NCBI GenBank assembly: GCA_963786155.1
Contig: CAWAXW010000006.1
Location: 1,693,951-1,717,950 of the forward strand
DNA: 24,000 bases
Origin: an uncultured Actinomycetes bacterium
GTDB taxonomy: Bacteria > Actinomycetota > CADDZG01 > WHSQ01
Direction: 5' to 3'
The translations under genes were made by a program, and so were the position numbers. Positions 1 through 8,583 of this stretch are shown here, piece after piece (positions within the stretch are counted from its first letter, which is position 1; each line of letters starts with the position of its first letter). Below the pieces are notes generated by a model that was not told the origin of the DNA, made no database searches, and was given only the letters and a program-made list of their open reading frames with translations.

Positions 1-524
1 CGGCCGGTCGTCCAGTACGTCAGGTAGATCTTGTCCTCCCGCCGCAGGTAGCAAGAGATCCGGCCCGTGGCGCCAACGGTGGGGTCATCGAGATGGGCGT
101 TGGAGTACCACGGCGCGGTGTAGCCCATGAAGTCGCGGAATGCCGCGATCTCCTCGTACGGTCCGTCGCCGAGGAAGGCGAAGGTGATCCCGTTGGCGTT
201 GAGGTAGGCCGCATCGGCTACGTCCCCCATGTTCCAGGAGTTCCTGGTGCAGCCCTCGCACTGCCACTCCCATGGTTTGCCGTCGTAGAACATGTGGCTG
301 TAGACGATCAGCTCGTTGCACCCCTCGAAGACATCGCCGAACGGGATTTTGCCGTTTGACCCGATGACGGTGGTGTCGGGTGGCACCTCTGTCATGGGCA
401 GCCGGCGCCGGGCCGCGGCGACCGCGTCGCCCTCGCGGGTGTGGGCTTTCTCGCGCTTGCGCAGCTCGAGAAGCTGTCGCTCGAAGTCGTCGTGGTCGGT
501 GACGGGCGGCGCCGACGCGGTCAT
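1..524 (-). CDS. DUF899-family thioredoxin-like protein (C-terminal end runs off the window start)
   Basis: Own translation of the minus strand from the ATG at 524-522: MTASAPPVTDHDDFERQLLELRKREKAHTREGDAVAAARRRLPMTEV...ELIVYSHMFYDGKPWEWQCEGCTRNSW...ITFAFLGDGPYEEIAAFRDFMGYTAPWYS. This shows the N-terminal coiled region, the C-x-x-C-like site and the F-x-G-W-x-x-PWYS pattern typical of DUF899. GGAGGAG lies 5-6 nt upstream of the ATG. It is absent from the ORF track because no stop codon falls inside the window. Confidence 0.7.
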   Translation of the reverse strand, partial: MTASAPPVTDHDDFERQLLELRKREKAHTREGDAVAAARRRLPMTEVPPDTTVIGSNGKIPFGDVFEGCNELIVYSHMFYDGKPWEWQCEGCTRNSWNMGDVADAAYLNANGITFAFLGDGPYEEIAAFRDFMGYTAPWYSNAHLDDPTVGATGRISCYLRREDKIYLTYWTTG

Positions 525-673
525 GGTCTCCTCCAGTTGTCTTGGCTCAGTGGGAGCTCGCACGTGAGTGCCCTGCCCAGGTCCTTCAACGCCCGACGCG
601 ATAGTGAAGGTGGGTAACTGAAACCGTCTAGAGACATCGACATGTACAGCACGGTTGCGGACATCGCTACCTT

Positions 674-1268
674 CTATGCCCGCTTGTACTTGCATATCTG
701 GACGCCGGTGCTTGCCGTCGTGCTCGATACGAGCTCGAGACCGCGAAGCTCACCGTCCTCGGGGAAAAGCCTCTTGCCGCCCCCCAGGATGACCGGCTCG
801 ATCATCAGGTTAAGTTCGTCAACGAGATCGTTCGCGATCAGCTGAGCGGCGAGATTCGCGCTTCCGTAGCACGAGATGTCGCCTCCGTCGCGCTCCTTCA
901 GCTCTTTGATGCCGCCGAGCGCGTCGTCGGGCGATAGCAGATGCGAGTTGCTCCATGCTGCGAGGTCATCCTGCGACAGGGTGCGGGATGCGACGTACTT
1001 TTGTATCGAGTTGAGCTTGTCGGCGAAAGGGTCCTGGCCCTGTCGCTGCGGCCACGACTCCGCCGAGACCTGCCACGTCCTGCGGCCGAAGACGTAGGCG
1101 TCGGTCTTCTCCATCGCTTCGCCGATAGCGGAGCCCATCGCGTCCTTGTCGAAGTAGCGCATCGACCACCCGCCGTGCTGGAACCCCCCGTCAGGGTCCT
1201 CCTTGCGCCCGCCGGGGGCCTGGATCGACTCCGTCGAGACTGATGAATTCACTCAGTACGAAACGCAT
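674..1268 (-). pseudogene. Dihydrofolate reductase-family protein (RibD C-terminal domain type) with an apparent +1 frame break near 1226
   Basis: The 192-aa ORF (674..1252) reads ...IQAPGGRKEDPDGGFQHGGW...VFGRRTW...IEPVILGGGKRLFP, which is RibD_C-like. The family-typical N-terminus MRFVLSEFISLDGV is encoded in another frame. It starts at the ATG at 1268-1266, which has AGGAG 7 nt upstream, and it terminates after 25 codons. The span is 595 nt (3n+1). Confidence 0.65.
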
Positions 1269-1416
1269 GATTCGGCTCCTTCCAGGTCCGTGATCGGGTC
1301 GTTACTGGTTAGACCCTATGGGTTCGAGAAAATCACCGGCTCTCGCCGCCCGAGGAAGATCAACCGGGCGCGGGGACGCATGCCGAGCGCAAGCGAGGAC
1401 CGTTCTCGGGACGGAT

Positions 1417-1953
1417 CTAGCTGCGGGGATCTGAACGCAGCAGACCGTAGGCGTAGGCATCGTAGAAGCCGCCGGCGCCGCGACACGCTTCCCGCAGCAC
1501 ACCCTCGCGCTTGAACCCGAGCTTCTCGGCCACGCGGATGCTCGCTGCGTTCTCGGTGCCTGCTAGCAATGCGATCCGATGCATCCCGACCTCATCGAAC
1601 CCGAAGCTCACCACCGCTCGAGCGGCTTCGGTCATCAGACCGCGTCCACAGAGGTCCGAGCGCAGCCAGTAGCCGATCTCGTAGCTGGAGTACATCGCAT
1701 CGGCCGTGTCGAGCGAGCACTGGCCACACACCTCGCCTTGGTAGAAGAGGGTGAAGTGACGCTCGAGCCCCTCGTTCCACTCATGCTCAGCCTTGGTCAG
1801 GAAGTCGAGCGCTACCTTCTCGTCGGGCTCGACCGCCCAAGGCATCCATACTCGAAGCTCATCCACTGACTCCAGCACGGATCGCCAGAAGCCCTCGAAG
1901 TAGGCCGGATTGGTCGGTTCGAGGCTCAGACGCGGGGACTTAAGCGAAGTCAT
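1417..1953 (-). CDS. GNAT family N-acetyltransferase (RimJ/RimL-like)
   Basis: ORF 1417..1965. It contains ...YEIGYWLRSDLCGRGLMTEAARAVVSFGFDEVGMHRIALLAGTENAASIRVAEKLGFKREG, an acetyl-CoA-binding R-G-x-G motif in a RimJ-like layout. I prefer the ATG at 1953 over the TTG at 1965; neither has a clear SD. Confidence 0.8.
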   Translation of the reverse strand: MTSLKSPRLSLEPTNPAYFEGFWRSVLESVDELRVWMPWAVEPDEKVALDFLTKAEHEWNEGLERHFTLFYQGEVCGQCSLDTADAMYSSYEIGYWLRSDLCGRGLMTEAARAVVSFGFDEVGMHRIALLAGTENAASIRVAEKLGFKREGVLREACRGAGGFYDAYAYGLLRSDPRS

Positions 1954-2045
1954 CGTCGGAAACAAGAACGGCTTGTTGCAAGGGGCGGAGATCTGATAGA
2001 AGCCGCGTCACAACGGTGGCTCACCAAAAGGCGGCGGTTCCTCCG

Positions 2046-2420
2046 TCAGTCGCAGTTGTCCGATTCCCACGCGCTAAACTCGTCCTCGGCTGGCTCGTAG
2101 GCAGGATCATCGAAGAGCCTGTCGTAGTCCACGCCACTATCCGCGGTCTCGGCGACCTTCGCGACACTATTGGCGATCGTTTCGAGAGCCTCCTTCACCT
2201 CCGGAGGCGCGAGTTCGGCCAACTCTTCCCAGGTGTCGACCCACGCGATCCACTCATCGTGACTTCCGGGGATCTGCCCCGCGCCAACGTCATTTGAGCG
2301 ATCAACTGCTATTCGCTCACAGAGGGCTTCGGCCGACGGTTCTGGATCTCCGCCGCATGCACCGAGCAGCATCGGAAGGGCGATGGCCCACACCACGACG
2401 GCTACTGCCCTTTCTTGCAC
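2046..2420 (-). CDS. Small acidic lipoprotein, unknown function
   Basis: This is the C-terminal part of ORF 2046..2771. A GTG at 2420 is preceded by GGGGGGA 4 nt upstream. The N-terminus (M)QERAVAVVVWAIALPMLLGACGG has a lipobox, L-G-A-C. The upstream remainder of the long ORF looks non-coding (Arg/Ser/Pro-rich). Confidence 0.55.
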   Translation of the reverse strand: MQERAVAVVVWAIALPMLLGACGGDPEPSAEALCERIAVDRSNDVGAGQIPGSHDEWIAWVDTWEELAELAPPEVKEALETIANSVAKVAETADSGVDYDRLFDDPAYEPAEDEFSAWESDNCD

Positions 2421-2577
2421 TAAGTCCCCCCAACAGAACTTGTTGACCCACAGCCAAATCCCAGGACACGTGAACCTACCGCGTCGCAGTTCGCATCTGC
2501 TTTTGATCTTTTTGGGCGGAGCCCGACCCTCGGAGGAGGTCGCAGCCGAGTTGGCGAGGACCGACCGACTTCGACCA

Positions 2578-2627
2578 AGCGGCGGCCCTACGGTTGCGTC
2601 AAACAGAACGGCTTGCTTTCGGGCCGG
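2578..2627. repeat. Copy A of a ~50-nt GC-rich intergenic element (diverged)
   Basis: agcggcggccctacggttgcgtcaaacagaacggcttgctttcgggccgg aligns with 3081..3131 at about 80% identity, allowing 1-2 single-base gaps. Copy A lies in ORF-poor DNA upstream of the lipoprotein gene. Confidence 0.45.
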
Positions 2628-2793
2628 CCGGCGCCCACGAGAGGATGGATGAACCACCCTTCGATCGGTGATCGCTAGGCTCAATCCGTGAGCGCTCGCC
2701 CGGTGGATCCGAAGGACATCGATACCGAGAGAATCTCCGCAAGTTTCGGCGCCCTGCGGAATCGCCGGCATCCTGCTCTCGGCTGCTATCGCG

Positions 2794-3063
2794 GTGTTGG
2801 CGACCGCCTTCTACATGCGGGACCCGGTATCGGTGAGTTCAGACTGGTGGATGGATGCGTTGCTGCAACGCGCCGCGGTTGTAGCGGCGTGGATCGCCGT
2901 GGTCGCGTGGCTGATGAACAGACGGTTGCTGGCGGTGCCCATGCACCTCGTGTCGGTGTTCGCACCCTGGGGCTACCTCTATCCCATGCAATTGCTCGCG
3001 ATCGTCCTTGCGTTCGTTGCAGCTGCGACTTTCCAGAGCGCTAAGCGCGGAAGGGCCACCTGA
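2794..3063 (+). CDS. Small integral membrane protein, unknown function
   Basis: 89-aa ORF with hydrophobic segments (AAVVAAWIAVVAWLM and LLAIVLAFVAAATF), a GC-rich third codon position and a GTG start. The overlapping alternative frame 2688..3044 looks non-coding. The start is uncertain: the frame is open from 2692, but there is no canonical start before 2794. Confidence 0.45.
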   Translation: MLATAFYMRDPVSVSSDWWMDALLQRAAVVAAWIAVVAWLMNRRLLAVPMHLVSVFAPWGYLYPMQLLAIVLAFVAAATFQSAKRGRAT

Positions 3064-3080
3064 CTATCTCCGTGTTTAGG

Positions 3081-3131
3081 AGCGGCGGGCCTACGGTGTC
3101 GTCATCGCAGGACCGGCTGATTTCGGGCCGG
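3081..3131. repeat. Copy B of the ~50-nt GC-rich intergenic element
   Basis: agcggcgggcctacggtgtcgtcatcgcaggaccggctgatttcgggccgg. It sits between the convergent stops at 3063 (+) and 3136 (-). Its 3' half forms the hairpin listed next. Confidence 0.45.
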
Positions 3132-3133
3132 TC
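3111..3133. terminator. Candidate bidirectional terminator hairpin between convergent genes
   Basis: GACCGGC (3111-3117) and GCCGGTC (3127-3133) form a perfect 7-bp stem around a 9-nt loop. There is no U-tract, so it would be non-canonical. Confidence 0.3.
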
Positions 3134-3135
3134 AT

Positions 3136-3375
3136 CTACGCCCCTTCCCGGAAGCGCCTCCAGAGCCATCCCACAAACCACTGACCGAGGAAACCCAGGA
3201 CGATCGCGAGGATCGCGATCGCACCCAGCACATGCTCTATTCCCTCGAACTCGTAACCGCACTCCGCGTAGCTCGGCCCCGTGGCTTCATAGACGGCGCA
3301 ACCCGCTACCCCCCCGGCCGGGAACGCCGAGATGACCCCCACCACTCCCCCGAGAATCCTTAGCAAAACCTGCAT
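3136..3375 (-). CDS. Small two-helix membrane protein, unknown function
   Basis: 79-aa ORF MQVLLRILGGVVGVISAFPAGGVAGC...VLGAIAILAIVLGFLGQWFVGWLWRRFREGA. AAGGGGG lies 5 nt upstream of the ATG. Confidence 0.55.
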   Translation of the reverse strand: MQVLLRILGGVVGVISAFPAGGVAGCAVYEATGPSYAECGYEFEGIEHVLGAIAILAIVLGFLGQWFVGWLWRRFREGA

Positions 3376-3390
3376 GACGAGCCCCCTTCT

Positions 3391-3405
3391 ATCGAGTGAC
3401 TCGAT
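3391..3405. promoter_or_regulatory. Perfect 7-1-7 palindrome ATCGAGT-G-ACTCGAT (candidate operator)
   Basis: Read directly. It lies 16 nt upstream of the start of the 3136..3375 gene, inside a 283-bp ORF-free divergent intergenic region that looks noticeably AT-richer than its surroundings. Confidence 0.2.
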
Positions 3406-3658
3406 CGTGTGACAGAAGGTGCTGGAGAACTAGTCGACCAATTGCTCATTCTCGGTTCTGAAACTACCCACAGATCGCGTAGGTGGTTCCAGTAACAAAG
3501 GACCAGCCTAGCGGTGGGGCTCGAACACCGGCCCATATCTACGTGGTGACTCCGAGCCGTAAGCCGACCAACTGGTAATCATGGCCCCGCCAAACGATGA
3601 TGTCGTGTATCTGCTGTATGGGACGAGCATCTCACTGAGACAGCGAGGAGGAGTGTTC

Positions 3659-4217
3659 GTGCCGAAGCTGATCTATTCGATGAGCGTCTCGGCCGACGGG
3701 TTCATCGCCGGACCCGACGGCGACTTCAGCTGGTCGGCTCCTGATGAGGAACTGCATCGGTTCCACAACGAACGGGTGCGTGCCCTCGGGGGCCATCTCC
3801 TGGGCCGCCAGCTTTACGAGACGATGGTGTACTGGGAAACCGCGCACGAGGACCCTGCGGCGACCGATTACTCGCTCGAGTTCGCCGACATCTGGAAAGC
3901 GCTCCCGAAGGTGGTCTTCTCGAAGACGCTCGATAACGTTGTTGGAAATGCCCGCGCTGGCGCGCGTCGGTATCGCCGAAGAGGTCGCGGAGCTGCAAGA
4001 GCAGACGGGCAAAGACGTGGCCATCGGCGGAGCCGGCCTTGCGGCGGAGGCGATGAGACTCGGCCTGATCGACGATTTCCATCTCTTCGTCAACCCGGCC
4101 GTGACGGGCGGAGGAACGCCGTTCTTTCCGACCCTCGCCCAGGGCTTTCCGCTGCAGCTGGTTGAGACGAGGACATTCGGATCGAGAGTCGTCTACGTCC
4201 GTTACGAACGAGCGTGA
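3659..4217 (+). pseudogene. Dihydrofolate reductase-family protein (RibD_C type, second subfamily) with an apparent +1 frame break near 3956
   Basis: N-terminal half in frame 1: (V)PKLIYSMSVSADGFIAGPDGDFSW...KVVFSKTLDNVVGNAR. C-terminal half in the frame of ORF 3744..4217: LARVGIAEEVAELQEQTGKDVAIGGAGLAAEAMRLGLIDDFHLFVNPAVTGGGTPFFP. The GTG at 3659 has GAGGAGGAG 5 nt upstream. The span is 559 nt (3n+1). The break lies in gcccgcgctggcgcgcg. Confidence 0.65.
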
Positions 4218-4267
4218 ACGACAGCTGGCCTCTGACCTGCACATTTGCGTTGTGGGGTCTCGCTACC

Positions 4268-4342
4268 TGGTGGGGCGTAGTGGGATTGAACCACTGACCC
4301 CTTGCTTGTCGAGCAAGTGCTCTCCCGCTGAGCTAACGCCCC
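4268..4342 (-). tRNA. tRNA-Val (anticodon GAC), CCA encoded
   Basis: The minus strand reads GGGGCGT-TA-GCTC-AGCGGGA-GAGC-A-CTTGC-TCGACAA-GCAAG-GGGTC-AGTGG-TTCAATC-CCACT-ACGCCCC-A-CCA. This is a complete cloverleaf with all stems paired. Confidence 0.95.
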
Positions 4343-4386
4343 AGGTCCTGCAGAAACGGCATCCTACCCTCGGACGCTTGGTGATC

Positions 4387-4461
4387 TGGAGGCGGCGAGC
4401 GGAATCGAACCGCTGTGCAGGGATTTGCAGTCCCTTGCCTAAACCACTCGGCCACGCCGCC
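4387..4461 (-). tRNA. tRNA-Cys (anticodon GCA), CCA encoded
   Basis: The minus strand reads GGCGGCG-TG-GCC-GAGTGGTTTA-GGC-A-AGGGA-CTGCAAA-TCCCT-GCAC-AGCGG-TTCGATT-CCGCT-CGCCGCC-T-CCA. The U73 discriminator fits Cys identity. Confidence 0.95.
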
Positions 4462-4471
4462 GGGAGTCATA

Positions 4472-4477
4472 TCTATA
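4472..4477 (-). promoter_or_regulatory. Candidate -10 box (TATAGA) for the tRNA-Cys/tRNA-Val transcript
   Basis: The minus strand reads ...gctgcTATAGAtatgactccc|GGCGGCG, so the hexamer ends 10 nt before the mature tRNA 5' end. I found no convincing -35. It lies inside the AT-rich imperfect palindrome atctatagcagctagat (4471-4487). Confidence 0.2.
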
Positions 4478-4546
4478 GCAGCTAGATGGGCCAGCCTATT
4501 CCGGGCGTTTGTCCTGCGGGGCCCTCGTCGCTAGGGTCGCTCGCCT

Positions 4547-5833
4547 ATGACTGACTTGTGGGTCGAGAGGGATGCGGCCGTCGTTTGGCATGGATTCACG
4601 CAGATGTCGTCGTACGCCGACAACGCCCCGCTCATCATCGAGCGGGCCGAGGGGCACGAGTTGATCGACGTCGACGGCAACCGCTATCTGGATGCGATCT
4701 CGTCGCTGTGGGTGAATACCGTCGGGCATCGGGTGTCCGAGCTTGACGCGGCCCTCATCGAGCAACTCGGACGGGTGGCCCACTCGACGATGCTGGGCAA
4801 CGGCAACCGAGTCACGATCGAGCTCGCCGAAGCCCTCGCCGAAGTCGTACCGGTCGAGGCACCTCATTTCTTGTTCGCATCGGACGGCGCCGCCGCGGTC
4901 GAGCAGGCACTCAAGATCGCGTTCCAGTACTGGCGCAATCTCGGCGACGAAGGTCGCACGAGTTACCTCGCGCTCACCGATGCCTATCACGGCGACACGA
5001 TCGGCTCGCTGTCGCTCGGAGGGGACGGGTTCGGCTCCTCGATCTTCGACAGCCTGCGCTTTCCGGTTGTGCGCAGTCCCGGCTACTCCCATCCTGATTC
5101 GATCGCGTTGGCGGCACGTGCTGTGCGTGAGCGCGCTGAGGAGCTCGCGGCGGTCGTCATCGAGCCTCTGGTGCAGGGCGCGGCGGGCATGCTTCTTGCG
5201 CCGGCCGACTCCTACCAGGACCTCGCGGATGCATGTGCCGAAACCGGAGTGCTACTTGTGTGCGACGAGGTGGCGACCGGGTTCGGTCGTACCGGCACGT
5301 TGTTCGCATCGGAACAGTGCGGGTTTCGACCCGATCTCATGAGCATCGGCAAGGGTTTGGCGGCGGGTTACCTGCCGATATCGGCAACCGTTGCCAACCA
5401 ACGGGTGTTCGATGCGTTCCTCGGTGAGGACCTCGGCCCCCGCACCCTGTATCACGGCCATTCCTTCGGGGGCAATGCGTTGGGGGCCGCGGTCGCGCTG
5501 AGGCATCTCGAGCTGCTGCGCGAGCTGGACGTGCTCACGAACGTCAAAGCGCGCTCCGAAGAGCTTCGTGCGCTGCTGGCGGAGGAGATCGAACCACTCG
5601 AGGCGGTCGCCGACGTGAGGCTTCAAGGTCTCATGTGCGGAGTCGAGATGGATCATCGGGAGGACGAACGTCGCGGCCGGCGCGTCTGTGCGGAAGCGGT
5701 GAGCCGAGGCGTTCTCTTGCGACCTCTCGGCGCCGTCGTCGTGATCATGCCCCCGTTGACGATCACGACCGATGAGATCGGCCGGATCGTGGACGTACTG
5801 GGCGGCTCGATACAAGAGGTGTGCGGCTCGTGA
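4547..5833 (+). CDS. bioA: Adenosylmethionine-8-amino-7-oxononanoate aminotransferase
   Basis: 428 aa. Class III aminotransferase with BioA-typical WHGFTQM, YHGDT, CDEVATGFGRTG and the PLP-lysine motif SIGKGL. It is the first gene of a bioAFDB cluster. Confidence 0.93.
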   Translation: MTDLWVERDAAVVWHGFTQMSSYADNAPLIIERAEGHELIDVDGNRYLDAISSLWVNTVGHRVSELDAALIEQLGRVAHSTMLGNGNRVTIELAEALAEVVPVEAPHFLFASDGAAAVEQALKIAFQYWRNLGDEGRTSYLALTDAYHGDTIGSLSLGGDGFGSSIFDSLRFPVVRSPGYSHPDSIALAARAVRERAEELAAVVIEPLVQGAAGMLLAPADSYQDLADACAETGVLLVCDEVATGFGRTGTLFASEQCGFRPDLMSIGKGLAAGYLPISATVANQRVFDAFLGEDLGPRTLYHGHSFGGNALGAAVALRHLELLRELDVLTNVKARSEELRALLAEEIEPLEAVADVRLQGLMCGVEMDHREDERRGRRVCAEAVSRGVLLRPLGAVVVIMPPLTITTDEIGRIVDVLGGSIQEVCGS

Positions 5834-6948
5834 GCTGGTTCGACTGGGCGAAGGCTCGAAACGCGTCGATCGAGGAAGCGGGGCTAACGCGCGTCGTCGC
5901 CGACGTAGATGGGGCAGGGCCCATCGTTCGCACCTCGGACGGGCCTGAGCTCGTGTCGTTCGCCTCGAACGACTACCTCGGTCTGAGCATCCATCCCACC
6001 GTTGTAGAAGGAGCGCGCGCCGCACTCGAAAGGTGGGGCGCGGGTTCCGGATCGGCTCGGTTGATCGTCGGGGCGCGTCCGATCCACGACGAGCTCGAAG
6101 GCGCGATCGCGCGCTGGAAGTCCAAGGAACGGGCCCTCCTGTTCCCCACCGGCTATGCGGCCAACCTCGGCGTCCTCACCTCTCTTGGAACCGAAGACGC
6201 GGTGATCTGCTCGGACGAGCTGAACCACGCGTCCATCGTCGACGGTTGCCGGCTGGCGAGGGCGGAGGTCGCCGTGTACCCGCATCGCGACGCCGGAGCG
6301 GTTGAAGACATCCTGTCCCACACTCGCAAGAGGGGGATCGTCGTCACCGACTCCGTGTTCTCCATGGACGGAGACGTCGCTCCGATCGACGAACTGGTCG
6401 AGGTGTGCGAGCGACACGAGGCGATCATGGTGCTCGACGAGGCCCACGCTGTGCTCGGCCCCCATCCGGGCCACGCCGACATCGACCGGATCAGGGTCGG
6501 GACGCTTTCCAAGTTCCTGGGCTCGATGGGGGGCTTTGCCGCATCCGACTCGGTGTTCACCGAGCTGTTCGTCAACACCGCAAGACCATTCATCTTCACG
6601 ACCGCGCCCAGCCCGGCCAACTGCGGCGCCGCGCTCGCGGCCCTCGGCATCATGGATTCCGATGAAGGCGATCGTCTGATCGCGAGGCTGCGCGCCCACG
6701 TGGACCGTCTGGCACCGGGACATCCCTCCCCCATCATCCCGGTCGTCATCGGTCCCCAGGATCGGGCGCTTGCCGCGGCCCACATGCTCTCGGACCTCGG
6801 TTTCCTGGTGCCGGCCATCCGGCCACCGTCGGTGCCCGCGGGCACGTCACGTTTGCGCGTAGCGGTGTCGGCCGCGCACACGAGCGAGCAGGTCGAAGCC
6901 CTGGCCGGCGCGCTCGACGAGGTCCGGTCCCGGTTCTGCGATGGCTGA
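5821..6948 (+). CDS. bioF: 8-amino-7-oxononanoate synthase
   Basis: 375 aa. Motifs: FASNDYLGL, SDELNHASIVDG, FSMDGD, VDEAHA and the PLP-lysine motif GTLSKFLG. The alternative start GTG at 5830 gives a GTGA overlap with the bioA stop (5831-5833) and may be the true start. Confidence 0.92.
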   Translation: MRLVSWFDWAKARNASIEEAGLTRVVADVDGAGPIVRTSDGPELVSFASNDYLGLSIHPTVVEGARAALERWGAGSGSARLIVGARPIHDELEGAIARWKSKERALLFPTGYAANLGVLTSLGTEDAVICSDELNHASIVDGCRLARAEVAVYPHRDAGAVEDILSHTRKRGIVVTDSVFSMDGDVAPIDELVEVCERHEAIMVLDEAHAVLGPHPGHADIDRIRVGTLSKFLGSMGGFAASDSVFTELFVNTARPFIFTTAPSPANCGAALAALGIMDSDEGDRLIARLRAHVDRLAPGHPSPIIPVVIGPQDRALAAAHMLSDLGFLVPAIRPPSVPAGTSRLRVAVSAAHTSEQVEALAGALDEVRSRFCDG

Positions 6949-7606
6949 GCACACGATCGTCATCACCGGCTCCTCGACCGAGGTCGGCAAGACCTGGGTA
7001 GGCGTTGCGCTCGCGCAGGCGCTAAGAGACGAGGGGGTTCGCGTCGCGGCGCGCAAGCCCGTGCAGTCGCACGCCCCGGGTGACCGGGACACCGACGCCC
7101 GCCTCTTGGCCGGCGCCACCGGCGAGGATCCCGACTTCGTCTGCCACCCATCCCGCGGCTATCCCCTGGCGCTTGCTCCTCCGATAGCCGCGCGCAGGCT
7201 TGGAGCGGATATCCCGACGATCGCGGAGATGGCCGCAGAGCTTCGACTCGTCGAGGCCGAGGTGCTGTTGGTCGAGGGAGCCGGAGGGCCGCGTTCGCCC
7301 CTGGCACGCGATGGGGACACGGCCGATCTGATCACCGCTCTCGAACCCGAGACCGTCGTCCTCGTCGTAGATGCAGCCCTCGGCCTGATCAACGCCGTAC
7401 TGACATCGGCATCTGCGGCCGGCGGCGATCCGGTCGTCTTCCTCAACCGCTTCGATGCATCGAACGAGGTCCATTCCACGAGCCTCGAGTGGCTGCAGGC
7501 CCATGAGCCTCTTCGGATCGAGACGACCATCAATGGCCTTACCGCTGCGATACTTCCCCGACCATCCACGACACCGGAGGCGACATGGAGCACCACGCCG
7601 TCATAG
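6941..7606 (+). CDS. bioD: Dethiobiotin synthase
   Basis: 221 aa. P-loop [17 protein letters not shown] motif. The ATG overlaps the bioF stop (ATGGCTGA). Confidence 0.88.
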   Translation: MAEHTIVITGSSTEVGKTWVGVALAQALRDEGVRVAARKPVQSHAPGDRDTDARLLAGATGEDPDFVCHPSRGYPLALAPPIAARRLGADIPTIAEMAAELRLVEAEVLLVEGAGGPRSPLARDGDTADLITALEPETVVLVVDAALGLINAVLTSASAAGGDPVVFLNRFDASNEVHSTSLEWLQAHEPLRIETTINGLTAAILPRPSTTPEATWSTTPS

Positions 7607-8583
7607 AGCGATCCCGTAACGCCCTCCTCGACGACAAGCGTCCGCTCGAGAAGGAAGAGCTCGCGGCGCTCGCGTCAACGCCTCCCGGCGGCATCCCCTC
7701 GCTGGCCGCGCTCGCGCACGAGGTGCGGCTCGAGTATTGCGGTCCCGAGGTCGAGGTCGAGGGCATCCTTTCGGCCAAAACCGGCGGCTGCCCTGAGGAC
7801 TGTCATTTCTGTTCGCAATCGCAGCGTTTCAACTCACCAGTGCGGCCGGCCGTGCTCGATCTCGACGAGATCCTCTCGGCCGCGCGCGAAACCGCGACGC
7901 TCGGTGCCTCGGAGTTCTGCATCGTGGCCGCGGTGAGAGGCCCGGACGAGCGATTGATCGCGACCGTCCTCGAGGCGACGAAGCTCGTTCGCGACGAAAC
8001 CGGGCTGAACGTTGCGGCCAGTCTCGGCATCCTCACGCGCGCTCAGGCTCAAGAGTTGGCCGACGGAGGGGTACACCGCTACAACCACAACCTCGAGACC
8101 GCGCGCTCGTTCTTCCCTCAGATCGTCACTACACACTCGTGGGAGGAGCGTTACGACACTTGCATGCTCGTGCGCGAGATGGGGATGGAGCTCTGTTGCG
8201 GCGCGCTGCTCGGGATGGGCGAGACTGACGAGCAACGCATCGAACTGATCACGGAGTTGCGCGCTGTGGAACCAGCCGAGGTGCCACTCAATTTCCTCAA
8301 CCCCCGGCCCGGCACTCCGCTCGCGTCGCGCCCTCTCGTCGAGCCGCTCGAGGCTCTCAAATGGATCGCACTGTTCCGGCTGGGCCTTCCGAGCGTGATC
8401 CTGCGTTACGCCGGGGGCCGCGAGGTCACCCTGAGGGACCTTCAAGCGATGGGCATGACCGCGGGAATCAACGCATTGATCGTGGGCAATTACCTCACGA
8501 CGTTGGGGCGTTCGCCCCAGGAAGACATCCGCATGCTCGACGACCTCCGGATGCCGATAGGGATGCTCTCGAAAGTCATCTAG
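7585..8583 (+). CDS. bioB: Biotin synthase (radical SAM)
   Basis: 332 aa. Radical-SAM CPEDCHFC (CxxxCxxC), YNHNLET and further BioB-typical motifs. GGAGG lies 5 nt upstream of the ATG. It overlaps the bioD 3' end by 22 nt. Confidence 0.95.
   Translation: MEHHAVIERSRNALLDDKRPLEKEELAALASTPPGGIPSLAALAHEVRLEYCGPEVEVEGILSAKTGGCPEDCHFCSQSQRFNSPVRPAVLDLDEILSAARETATLGASEFCIVAAVRGPDERLIATVLEATKLVRDETGLNVAASLGILTRAQAQELADGGVHRYNHNLETARSFFPQIVTTHSWEERYDTCMLVREMGMELCCGALLGMGETDEQRIELITELRAVEPAEVPLNFLNPRPGTPLASRPLVEPLEALKWIALFRLGLPSVILRYAGGREVTLRDLQAMGMTAGINALIVGNYLTTLGRSPQEDIRMLDDLRMPIGMLSKVI

Noticed and set aside
1961-2613. Shared 11-mer AGAACGGCTTG at ~1964 and ~2605, plus a small hairpin AACAAG-n5-CTTGTT at 1961..1977
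   Set aside because: Dozens of 11-mer coincidences are expected in 24 kb. The hairpin is short and AT-weak. The second occurrence is already explained as part of repeat copy A.
2421-2771. N-terminal 117 residues of the 241-aa ORF 2046..2771
   Set aside because: The sequence upstream of the GTG at 2420 is Arg/Ser/Pro-rich and lacks coding character. The lipoprotein signal peptide begins right at 2420, behind a G-rich SD.
2688-3044. 118-aa plus-strand ORF overlapping the small membrane-protein ORF
   Set aside because: Arg/Gly/Val-rich with no structure. The overlapping frame 2794..3063 gives plausible transmembrane helices and better third-position GC.
3505-3530. tRNA T-arm-like string (minus strand GGTGTTCGAGCCCCACC), considered as a tRNA fragment or att-site remnant near the tRNA genes
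   Set aside because: The stem does not pair canonically and no acceptor or anticodon arms flank it. It does not match the 3' ends of the adjacent tRNA-Val or tRNA-Cys, so there is no evidence of an integrated element.
3540-3658. Possible folate-related riboswitch (ZTP/pfl or THF) upstream of the DHFR-family gene
   Set aside because: Only vague resemblances (actggta, ccccgcc). The conserved cores as I remember them (ACUGGCG... / CCGCCUGGGC) are not present.
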